From Candidatus Gastranaerophilales bacterium (GTDB taxonomy: Bacteria; Cyanobacteriota; Vampirovibrionia; Gastranaerophilales; CAJFVJ01), in the NCBI GenBank assembly GCA_944323485.1, contig CALUSR010000003.1, positions 201,466 through 265,465 on the forward strand: DNA of 64,000 bases, given 5' to 3'. The notes beneath the pieces are model-generated. The model saw only the letters and a list, made by a program, of their open reading frames with translations, was not told where the DNA came from and made no database searches. The translations under genes were made by a program, and so were the position numbers. The number at the start of each line of letters is the position of its first letter. The stretch's first letter is position 1. Positions 9,042 to 16,488 of the stretch are shown piece after piece.

Positions 9042-10589
9042 TCAATATAATATGGCGGGTGTCGCCAAGCGGTTAAGGCCTCGGATTGTGGTTCCGATAT
9101 TCGTGGGTTCGAATCCCATCATCCGCCCCATATTAAACTTATTATCAGTCAATCGGTCTAAGAACTCGAATATGACTGATTTTTTATGTGTTCGAAAATT
9201 ACTCAAATCAAAACTTGCTCCCTCTGGATAAATCAGTTTTTGTAAACGCTGTCTAAATTCAAGCCCACCACTTTCCCATAGGCTTTTAATATTATTCAGA
9301 GCAAAGCAACAACTGTCTAAGAATTGATTAATACTACTTTCAGGGATTTCCATGCCTGCTAATATCGTCTTTTTATCCAAAATAGCCTGCTCTATATCAT
9401 CATTAACAAGCTTATAATCTCTTTCGGACAGTTTATCATCTATGTACTTTTTAGTCAGCCTTAATTTGCTTTCATTAAGTTCTTTGAGTTCATTTTCAAG
9501 TTGCTTTTTCAGGTTGGTCTGCTCTTTTATTTCTTCATTGTAAACATCTTCCAGTATGCTTCTAAACAAGGTTAAAAGCTCTTTTTTAGGTTTAATCACT
9601 TCAAGATGTTTTTTAAACTCCTCTTCTAATCTATCCTTTCTAATCCTGAACTTTAGCATACAGTCTTTATTGTGACAGTGATAATATGCATATTTCTGAT
9701 TTCTGCCTTTACTGTAACTTGCTGTTAAAGGTTTGTTGCAATAAGGACACTTAATATACTGTCTTAAAGGGAATTCTTCTCTATTTCGTTTGTAGCCGGT
9801 AATTAATGGCTTTTTACCGTCTAATATTGCCTGAACTTTATAAAAAGTATCTTCATCGATAAGCGGTTCGAAAATTCCCCTGACTGGTTCATCAAGCCAG
9901 CTATAAGTAAGCATTCCGATATAAACTTTATTTCTTAAAATCCTGCCTACTTTGTTTTTATTGAGGTCTTTCATGCCTGCTTGTCTTAACTTTTCCATAA
10001 CTTCTATTTGAGAATATAAACCAGTAGCAAATAATTCAAACGCCATTTTGATATACTTTGCATTTTCAGGACAAGGGATTAAAGATTTTTCTTTATCATT
10101 TTTATATCCGACAGGGGCTAAATTTACCCATCTGCCTTTATTAACAGCCCCTCTCATTCCTAGTTTAGTTCTTTCACATATTTTTCGCCATTCATAACGG
10201 CTTGTTCCTTGTGTTATCCATCTTAAAAACTCTGCTTCGGGTGTATCTTCATTATTTTCTGTTACAGATAAGGGCTTAATATTGGTTCGTTCAAAAAACT
10301 GTCCTAAGACATGATAGTCTGATTGCTCACCTCTTGATAGTCTGTCCCATTTCCAAAATATCAAAACATTAATATCTTTTTTATGTTCGGCACAAAACTC
10401 AAACATTCTTTTTAATTCTGTACGGATTAAGTCTTTAGCACTTTCGCCTTTTTCTCTAAAAATCTTAACAACTTCATAACCGTTCTTTACGGCAAATTCC
10501 ATACATTCCTGTTCTTGTTGACCTAAACTATAACCATGTTTAGCTTGTTCTTCCGTTGATACTCGACAGTATATTACAGCTTTTTGCAT
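9042..10589 (-). CDS. large serine recombinase (integrase)
   Basis: Resolvase catalytic N-domain (AVIYCRVSTEEQ), a recombinase domain, a zinc ribbon (CPYCNKPLTASYSKGRNQKYAYYHCHNKDC) and a coiled coil. The last ~29 codons run antisense through the tRNA-His gene. Confidence 0.85.
   Translation of the reverse strand: MQKAVIYCRVSTEEQAKHGYSLGQQEQECMEFAVKNGYEVVKIFREKGESAKDLIRTELKRMFEFCAEHKKDINVLIFWKWDRLSRGEQSDYHVLGQFFERTNIKPLSVTENNEDTPEAEFLRWITQGTSRYEWRKICERTKLGMRGAVNKGRWVNLAPVGYKNDKEKSLIPCPENAKYIKMAFELFATGLYSQIEVMEKLRQAGMKDLNKNKVGRILRNKVYIGMLTYSWLDEPVRGIFEPLIDEDTFYKVQAILDGKKPLITGYKRNREEFPLRQYIKCPYCNKPLTASYSKGRNQKYAYYHCHNKDCMLKFRIRKDRLEEEFKKHLEVIKPKKELLTLFRSILEDVYNEEIKEQTNLKKQLENELKELNESKLRLTKKYIDDKLSERDYKLVNDDIEQAILDKKTILAGMEIPESSINQFLDSCCFALNNIKSLWESGGLEFRQRLQKLIYPEGASFDLSNFRTHKKSVIFEFLDRLTDNKFNMGRMMGFEPTNIGTTIRGLNRLATPAILY
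9054..9130 (+). tRNA. tRNA-His (anticodon GTG)
   Basis: Folded by hand into a cloverleaf: acceptor GCGGGTG/CATCCGC, anticodon arm TCGGA-TTGTGGT-TCCGA, T arm GTGGG-TTCGAAT-CCCAT. An extra G-1 pairs with discriminator C73, the His identity hallmark. CCA is encoded. Confidence 0.9.
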
Positions 10590-10726
10590 AATATTACCCC
10601 CTTGTAATTTTTGACTAAAACCTTAGCCATTTGATACAGCAACTCTTGAATTTCTTTGATTTCTTGGTCTGTCATTTCTTCCTTTGTTTTCCCTAAAATT
10701 TTTCGGCAAGCTTCGATACTAAGCAT
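10574..10726 (-). CDS. small hypothetical ORF (50 aa) upstream of and overlapping the recombinase start
   Basis: Hand translation gives MLSIEACRKILGKTKEEMTDQEIKEIQELLYQMAKVLVKNYKGVILCKKL, ending 16 nt inside the recombinase gene. No recognisable domain. Confidence 0.35.
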   Translation of the reverse strand: MLSIEACRKILGKTKEEMTDQEIKEIQELLYQMAKVLVKNYKGVILCKKL

Positions 10727-10826
10727 TTTTCAATCCTTATTGCTTTGTATTGAAGCTCAACTTGCCTCATTGCCACTTCAAATATTTAGTTATAACTTTA
10801 AATAAGCTCTATGCTTCCATAGCCAC

Positions 10827-11636
10827 TTACTTAATTTTGATAGTTTCTTCTTTTGTTAAAAATACAGAATTGCCATTTGTGAATTTTACTTCTATATTTT
10901 CATATTCTGAATTTTTTACTAATTCAACAAGTTCTTCCCTTGTTAGCTTATTGTCTTTGCATTTGGGTTTTATGATGTAATCAGCTTTTTTCTTTCTAAT
11001 TAAAATCTCAATATAATTTTCGTTTTCAATGGTATCAAGAATAAGAACACGTCTTAAAGCTGCTGGTATGTCGCAAAATGGATTGACTTTATTATTTTTA
11101 TCTAATTCTAATTCCTTTTTAAAATATTTAAGCATTCCTTCTTTGTAATACTGTCCGATAGGTATTATTAAAAGACTTTCACTTAGAAGATTTTCTTGTT
11201 TAAAATCAGATGATACCTCTCTATGAAAATTAACAAGTGAATTGTTCCCCTTGCCTATTCCATAACCGCCCCTTTGACTTACAGCCAAATAATAGTAATC
11301 TTGTTCATCGCTATGAAATATGCCTGTAAGCAAAGCTGGTTTTATATTAGTAACCTGTTGCAAAATGAAATTAATAACTTCATCAGAATATAAGTTTTTC
11401 TTCATATCTCGAATGATTTTAAGACAAGTAATGTCAAAAACAGAGAATTTTCGCCATCCATTTGTATTATCCCTTTTGCAGCTTTTTAAAAATCCTCTTT
11501 TATCCCAATCATTTAATTGACGATATGAGACTTCTTCTAAATCTTTAATTGTAAAAACTTGCCTTTCATCTGTTTTAGACTGGTTGTCTAATTGCTCTGC
11601 AACTCTTAATAATCCCTTTTTTTCTGCTGCTTCCAT
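10827..11636 (-). CDS. hypothetical protein with an N-terminal MerR-like HTH
   Basis: FTIKDLEEVSYRQLNDWDKRGFL resembles the MerR-type HTH-wing. The rest is unrecognised. Confidence 0.5.
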   Translation of the reverse strand: MEAAEKKGLLRVAEQLDNQSKTDERQVFTIKDLEEVSYRQLNDWDKRGFLKSCKRDNTNGWRKFSVFDITCLKIIRDMKKNLYSDEVINFILQQVTNIKPALLTGIFHSDEQDYYYLAVSQRGGYGIGKGNNSLVNFHREVSSDFKQENLLSESLLIIPIGQYYKEGMLKYFKKELELDKNNKVNPFCDIPAALRRVLILDTIENENYIEILIRKKKADYIIKPKCKDNKLTREELVELVKNSEYENIEVKFTNGNSVFLTKEETIKIK

Positions 11637-11725
11637 GTTTAATTCCCCATGTTAAATTACACATCTATGTATATTATAACATAATAAATTATACATGCAA
11701 GTATAAATATCTTTCTAAATTGTTT

Positions 11726-12718
11726 TTATAGATTTGTATTAGAAAACATTATTACAGTGTTAAGTCCAGTATTTGAAGTTAATGTGAGAGTCCCATATAA
11801 ACATATTGGTATTTCTCTATTATTTTTAAACCTTCTATCAGGACCGCCAGATTTATTTATATAACGCCAAGTTTTTCCTATAACATTAGCATCACTTGGT
11901 ATGGTCTCTTCTTCTACAAATTGTGTGGTAGAGGCGTTTGTTTGAATATCACAGTAATCAATTGCTATGATTTTACAATCTTGAATAACAAATAATTTAT
12001 CAGGTAAAAATATTATAGTTTCTTGTGGGGTGATAAAAGATACGGCACTTGTTTCAAATTTAAAAGGAAACACAGATTTTCTACTTGTAGTACAATTAAT
12101 CCTCTTTATTGTGCTAGTTGCCCCTGCTGAATATTTGGTATCTATAACCCTATTTGAACTTAAAATACGCCAAGTTTTTGCACTTTGGGCTACTTTTACC
12201 ATTGGTTGCATTTTATTTTCAATAACAGCCCGCAAATCATCATCTATGTTATATTCTAAATCTATTGTTCCAAAAATTCTAACGTATCCAAATAGACATA
12301 TAAAAAGGAATAAAGGGATAAGAAAAAAATGATTAAATAACATCAATATAAAAGATATTATCATACCAATAGTGGCTATTTGGTTAATTTTTAAACTTTT
12401 CCTAGCTAATGATAATATTTCGTCGCAACTTTCACTATTGCTCAAATTTGACATCTCATTTATGAATTCTTTTTCACCATAACAATTATTGTTATTTTGT
12501 ATGTGTGTATATTCTTTTTCGTTTTCTTTATTATTGCTAGTTTCTTCAACATATGATAATCCAGTACCTGGAATAGAAGCTGTTTTTCTAATTGTCCCTT
12601 TTGCAGTTTTCGTAATTCTATAACCTTTTACACCCCAACTATAGCCTATTCCAGATTTACTAAGATTTATTCTGAAACCACCTCCAATATTAATACTTTT
12701 TCTATATCTAAATCCCAT
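11726..12718 (-). CDS. DUF4236-like membrane protein
   Basis: The N-terminus MGFRYRKSINIGGGFRINLSKSGIGYSWGVKGYRITKTAKG matches my memory of the DUF4236 signature. A central TM hairpin is present. Confidence 0.55.
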   Translation of the reverse strand: MGFRYRKSINIGGGFRINLSKSGIGYSWGVKGYRITKTAKGTIRKTASIPGTGLSYVEETSNNKENEKEYTHIQNNNNCYGEKEFINEMSNLSNSESCDEILSLARKSLKINQIATIGMIISFILMLFNHFFLIPLFLFICLFGYVRIFGTIDLEYNIDDDLRAVIENKMQPMVKVAQSAKTWRILSSNRVIDTKYSAGATSTIKRINCTTSRKSVFPFKFETSAVSFITPQETIIFLPDKLFVIQDCKIIAIDYCDIQTNASTTQFVEEETIPSDANVIGKTWRYINKSGGPDRRFKNNREIPICLYGTLTLTSNTGLNTVIMFSNTNL

Positions 12719-12795
12719 TTGTAACTCCTTGCTTAAATAAATTTAGCACAAAAATAGCTTAAATTTATATTTTTATAGATACAAAAAAATGGTAG

Positions 12796-13212
12796 CTATA
12801 TTTGTTTTAATATATTATTTATAATTCTTTTGGTTTCCTGCTTGTTGATTGGTGATAATTCACAGACCTGTTGAAATGGAATTTGCCCTAAAGTATCACG
12901 TATAAATGTTAAATACCTTACTAATTCACTAAGAGTTGTTTTTTCTGCATAGGCTTTGTATGTAGTGAATAAAATAATGCTTTCAAGATAATTTAATTTT
13001 GTAGTGTTTTTTATACCTTGTTCCTTTAAAATGACTATTAAATCATCGCTTGGTTTACTTTGTAGTATTTGAGTTAAAACCTTATTGAAATTTGCCTTTT
13101 CTTTTCTTGCTACCCCTGATTTAATCCCTGCTTTTCTTGCAAGTTCCGCTCTTTGTTTCGGAGTTCTTTCGGAGTTCGATTTTAGATTTTTTAAACTTTT
13201 GTTATTTATCAT
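12796..13212 (-). CDS. hypothetical protein (element cargo)
   Basis: ORF with a basic N-terminus (RTPKQRAELARKAGIKSGVARKEK). An inverted repeat ATTACGCA-N11-TGCGTAAT lies just upstream at about 13233..13260. Confidence 0.45.
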   Translation of the reverse strand: MINNKSLKNLKSNSERTPKQRAELARKAGIKSGVARKEKANFNKVLTQILQSKPSDDLIVILKEQGIKNTTKLNYLESIILFTTYKAYAEKTTLSELVRYLTFIRDTLGQIPFQQVCELSPINKQETKRIINNILKQI

Positions 13213-13292
13213 CAGTAAATACTCATAAAACAGGATTACGCACTATTTATACATGCGTAATTTATGAAACTCTTTTACCTCATTTATTAACT

Positions 13293-13323
13293 GGTTCGAA
13301 TTAAAATCTAATACCCGCCCCAT
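13293..13323 (+). repeat. degenerate tRNA-His 3'-half mimic and right-hand att core
   Basis: GGTTCGAAT (identical to the tRNA T-loop 9106..9114), then 13 nt, then CCGCCCCAT (identical to 9123..9131). Confidence 0.55.
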
Positions 13324-13330
13324 TTATTAA

Positions 13331-13352
13331 AGCTCCCTAAAGGGAGTTTTTT
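13331..13352 (+). terminator. rho-independent terminator (likely the original tRNA-His terminator)
   Basis: agCTCCC-taaa-GGGAG followed by TTTTTT. Confidence 0.7.
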
Positions 13353-13409
13353 AGTGCGTAAATAATAAGAATATATTTTTTAAATTTTAAGAATACGTCC
13401 ATATTTGTC

Positions 13410-14027
13410 ATGATGACCAATCATAATATACTAAAAGGAGACACAAATATGGATGATATTAAATTATTAACAAAAGGAAGAGAACACGACGTCTATTCAA
13501 TTCACTATTCAAGCAACGGTTTTTACGACGGAGGAGCACTTGCCCCCGCAATATGCTGTATATCCCTCGTAAACTTTTCAACTCATGAACTGCACTCTTT
13601 TGCTTTGCATAACTATATCTTTACTGAAAAATGCATTGTTGATGCCCAAAAAAGACTCCTTTGTGAATTTTCGGAATTTATAAAAAACTTAAACAATCCA
13701 ATTTATATCCACTGGAACATGTATTCTCTTGAATATGGGTTTAAATCACTCATAACAAGCTGCGAAAACTTCGGAATCTATGACTTATCGTTTAATGAAG
13801 CTGATTCTTATAATCTGGCTGATAAAATAGAAGGATCTCTTTTTGGAGCATTCGAAGACTATGGTTATCTTTCACCGGCGTTCTTATCAGGGAAAGAAGA
13901 ACTTGCCTGCTTCGATAAACGCAGTTACAACCTTGTAAAATGTTCAACAGACGCCAAAGCAATCGGCATAATGGCATTATTTAAAAAACTTATGAAAAAT
14001 GAAATTACTCCTGAGATTTTATATTAA
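13410..14027 (+). CDS. hypothetical protein
   Basis: 205-aa ORF with no motif I recognise. Confidence 0.45.
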   Translation: MMTNHNILKGDTNMDDIKLLTKGREHDVYSIHYSSNGFYDGGALAPAICCISLVNFSTHELHSFALHNYIFTEKCIVDAQKRLLCEFSEFIKNLNNPIYIHWNMYSLEYGFKSLITSCENFGIYDLSFNEADSYNLADKIEGSLFGAFEDYGYLSPAFLSGKEELACFDKRSYNLVKCSTDAKAIGIMALFKKLMKNEITPEILY

Positions 14028-14042
14028 TACTAAAAACATATA

Positions 14043-14051
14043 TGCTATAAT
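14043..14051 (+). promoter_or_regulatory. extended -10 promoter element upstream of the cas12a remnant
   Basis: TGCTATAAT lies 39 nt upstream of the ATG at 14090. An RBS AGGAAGGTGG sits directly before the ATG. Confidence 0.4.
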
Positions 14052-14089
14052 CATACAAATTCAATATATAAAGCAGGAAGGTGGGAAAT

Positions 14090-14203
14090 ATGGAAAAATT
14101 TTATGACAAATTTAACAATCTGTTCAGTATTTCAAAGACTCTGAGATTTGAACTTAAACCTGCTTTGAGGGAGTTTCCTGCGTTTGGTTTAATACCTATT
14201 TAA
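14090..14203 (+). pseudogene. cas12a: cas12a (cpf1) N-terminal remnant: 24 conserved codons, then unrelated sequence
   Basis: MEKFYDKFNNLFSISKTLRFELKP matches the hallmark Cas12a N-terminus (compare ..YSLSKTLRFELIPQGKT in FnCas12a). Similarity ends after KP and the ORF stops at 37 aa. Confidence 0.65.
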
Positions 14204-14222
14204 AATTTCTACTATTGTAGAT
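14187..14222 (+). CRISPR. solitary type V-A (Cas12a) CRISPR repeat
   Basis: GTTTAATACCTATTTAAAATTTCTACTATTGTAGAT. The 3' 19 nt, AATTTCTACT-ATT-GTAGAT, is the conserved Cas12a crRNA handle with the TCTAC/GTAGA stem. I found no second copy in the window by eye. Confidence 0.7.
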
Positions 14223-14636
14223 ATTTCTGAATTTATCATATTTGCAAAATATTCTATGCCAGATTTCCGCATTGGAATCGGGCGGAATATCAGTCCAGGA
14301 AGAAGTATAAGGCAGAGCAACGAGAGGATATTTTTTTAGATCATAAAAGTTCGATGACAAAACCCTAAATTGTCTTTTTTTACAATTAATCTCATATTTT
14401 GATAGCATATACCATACTTTTTTCCCGTCTATGTCCTCTAATGTTCCATCATTTAGGATTTTGAGCCAAAATATTGCCCCGCTGTCAATATACTTGATAC
14501 TTGATTTGTCGATATATGTTTTATGTCCGAATTCTTCCCAGGTTGCCGCCATTGCAAGCGGTGTAAAAATTGCAAACATGAGTAAAAACAGCAATATTTT
14601 TTTCATAGAAAAACCTTTATTGATATTTATTGTCAT
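14196..14636 (-). CDS. hypothetical secreted protein
   Basis: Signal peptide MKKILLFLLMFAIFTPLAMA. The last 8 codons overlap the Cas12a-type repeat. Confidence 0.55.
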   Translation of the reverse strand: MTININKGFSMKKILLFLLMFAIFTPLAMAATWEEFGHKTYIDKSSIKYIDSGAIFWLKILNDGTLEDIDGKKVWYMLSKYEINCKKRQFRVLSSNFYDLKKYPLVALPYTSSWTDIPPDSNAEIWHRIFCKYDKFRNIYNSRNFK

Positions 14637-15238
14637 TTCTCTCTTCTCGCTAAACGAACTAAATATAGAACTGGCGTATCAAATGCGTTTATTTCTTTCT
14701 GTTTTATTTGTGTTGTCAGAAGATATCCGTCGGTTAGTTTCTTATAAGCTGTTCTGTTCCCGACATCAAATGTTGAATCTTTTTTCCCTTTTGGCAGCTG
14801 CCGGGATGTAACTTCTTTAGTGTTAGTGTTTAAAGTTAATTCTGTAATAATATAATCGGTTTCTCTTTGAGCTGTTATTATTCCGTTTTTTATGCTTGTT
14901 ATGTCATATAAATAATGATCTATAAACCAAACAGCAAATTCTTCTACATAAGTTTCTTCGCAATAACCTGATTTAATAAAACATCTTATGTTTGACAGTC
15001 TGGGGTATCTGTATTGTCCGCCTTCAGTGTCGTGTATATCCCAGCTGCCTTTTGTTTCAATATATTCGTTATCAAAATAAAAATGAAAAGAATCAAGAAG
15101 CGGTGCCGCTTTTTTAAGATAATTGTTTTCTCTAACCATTTCATAGAAAAACAGACAAACAACAAAAACAATTGAGATAGTTGTTATTATCAATTTTTTT
15201 ATTAGTTTTTTTGAGAAAAATTCTTTAATCTTGTTCAT
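14633..15238 (-). CDS. hypothetical membrane-anchored protein
   Basis: The preferred start MNKIKEFFSKK at 15238 lies just after the stop of the upstream repressor gene. One N-terminal TM helix. It overlaps the downstream ORF by 4 nt. Confidence 0.5.
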   Translation of the reverse strand: MNKIKEFFSKKLIKKLIITTISIVFVVCLFFYEMVRENNYLKKAAPLLDSFHFYFDNEYIETKGSWDIHDTEGGQYRYPRLSNIRCFIKSGYCEETYVEEFAVWFIDHYLYDITSIKNGIITAQRETDYIITELTLNTNTKEVTSRQLPKGKKDSTFDVGNRTAYKKLTDGYLLTTQIKQKEINAFDTPVLYLVRLARREK

Positions 15239-15239
15239 T

Positions 15240-16181
15240 TTACCTCGACACTCTTCCCCACCAGCGCACCTCGCCGATGATTTCAAAATCGTAGTTGATT
15301 TCTTTTGACAGATCAACATCAAAACTTTTATACTTCCGGTTGTCAGATATCACAACAACGGTTGAGGGAGGCACAAACTGAAGCCTCTTTGCATAAAGTT
15401 CCCCGTTGATTCTCACGCAATAGATTTTCCCGTCGTGGATTTCTGTTTTTGAGCGGTCAATCAAAAGACTATCACCGCCTTCTATTGTCGGCGACATACT
15501 GTCACCTGATGCAAAAATCATTTCGGTCTTTTTGATATTCAAGTTCAAATCTTCGGCAAGCTGGCGGCTTACCGGATATATTCCGGTCCGGTTTTGTTCA
15601 AAAACCGTCACACCATAACCCATAGAAGCTTTGACATCTCCGAGTACGGGAATTTCAAAACATTCCGGGCTTGAAGGATTTGAAGAAGAGAACATTTCTC
15701 CCTCGCCTGTTAGGAGCCAGTGAGCATTTATCCCAAATTGTGTAATAATGAATTCTAATAATTCAAGAGGCGGTTTTCTTTCACCACGTTCATATTTTAC
15801 ATAAGTAGTTTGTAAAATATTTAGCTGGCGTGCAAATGCGCTGGCATTGGGATTTATTTGTTCTCTTATTTTTTTTAATCTTTCTGAAATTAAATCATTC
15901 ATTTTTTTATTCCAAAATGTGTTGACATCAGGGCTATCTGCCACAGGCTGAACAGACGAAGAAAACATTTCGCCTTCACCTGTTAGGAGCCAGTTCATAT
16001 TTACTCCGTATTTGTAAACTAATTGTTCCAGCAATTCAAGAGGCGGTTTTCTCTCCCCACGTTCATAACTCTGATATGTCCTATATTGTATCCCTAATTT
16101 TTCTGCAAAATCAGACACTTTAAACCCGAGATATTTCCTTAATATTATTAAATTTTGAGGTAATTGTAACATATTGCACAT
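15240..16181 (-). CDS. CI/LexA-like repressor: two XRE-type HTH domains plus an S24 peptidase domain
   Basis: Tandem HTH modules both end ..ERGERKPPLELLE...NWLLTGEGEMFSSS. The C-terminal region GDSMSPTIEGGDSLLID...YAKRL carries the Ser/Lys dyad. The ATG at 16181 is preferred over the TTG at 16196. Confidence 0.8.
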   Translation of the reverse strand: MCNMLQLPQNLIILRKYLGFKVSDFAEKLGIQYRTYQSYERGERKPPLELLEQLVYKYGVNMNWLLTGEGEMFSSSVQPVADSPDVNTFWNKKMNDLISERLKKIREQINPNASAFARQLNILQTTYVKYERGERKPPLELLEFIITQFGINAHWLLTGEGEMFSSSNPSSPECFEIPVLGDVKASMGYGVTVFEQNRTGIYPVSRQLAEDLNLNIKKTEMIFASGDSMSPTIEGGDSLLIDRSKTEIHDGKIYCVRINGELYAKRLQFVPPSTVVVISDNRKYKSFDVDLSKEINYDFEIIGEVRWWGRVSR

Positions 16182-16189
16182 AAAATTCC

Positions 16190-16218
16190 TTGACAATTAT
16201 GAACAAATAGTGTATAGT
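16190..16218 (+). promoter_or_regulatory. near-consensus sigma70-type promoter for the divergent small gene
   Basis: TTGACA, a 17-nt spacer, then TATAGT. It overlaps the 5' end of the repressor gene region. Confidence 0.5.
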
Positions 16219-16254
16219 AATAATACAGATTACACAAGTTAGTGAGAATAACTT

Positions 16255-16413
16255 ATGAACGTAACACTACATATTAGATTAAAAACGAAAGAGCTGGCTG
16301 AGAAAGTAAAGCAGATGAGAGAACAGGGATATACGATTCCCGTTCTTGTGAGAAACTTTCTGTCAGATTTTCCGTTAGAGAAGAAAAAGGAGAAGAGCTC
16401 GCTCGATTGCTAA
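16255..16413 (+). CDS. small RHH-like (Cro/Arc-like) protein, about 52 aa, coordinates approximate
   Basis: MNVTLHIRLKTKELAEKVKQMREQGYTIPVLVRNFL has a strand-helix-helix pattern. The gene is divergent from the CI-like repressor and below the ORF-track cutoff. Confidence 0.4.
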   Translation: MNVTLHIRLKTKELAEKVKQMREQGYTIPVLVRNFLSDFPLEKKKEKSSLDC

Positions 16414-16488
16414 TCTTCCCCGTAATTAAATCTCATAAAAAACATTTTTACACAAAAAATCACAATGCGCAAGACAACAAAAGCAATA

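Larger units (their letters stand above)
9131..13323. mobile_element. putative ~4.2 kb integrative element inserted at the 3' end of tRNA-His
   Basis: The core CCGCCCCAT occurs at 9123..9131 and again at 13315..13323. A serine recombinase sits at the tRNA-proximal end, followed by five same-strand ORFs. The presumed original tRNA terminator lies just beyond the right repeat. Confidence 0.6.

Noticed and set aside
9042-9130. The recombinase ORF tail overlapping tRNA-His could be a genuine conserved C-terminal domain
   Set aside because: The overlap is antisense to a structurally perfect tRNA and follows from where the att core lies. I keep the ORF coordinates but treat the tail as junction-derived sequence, not a domain.
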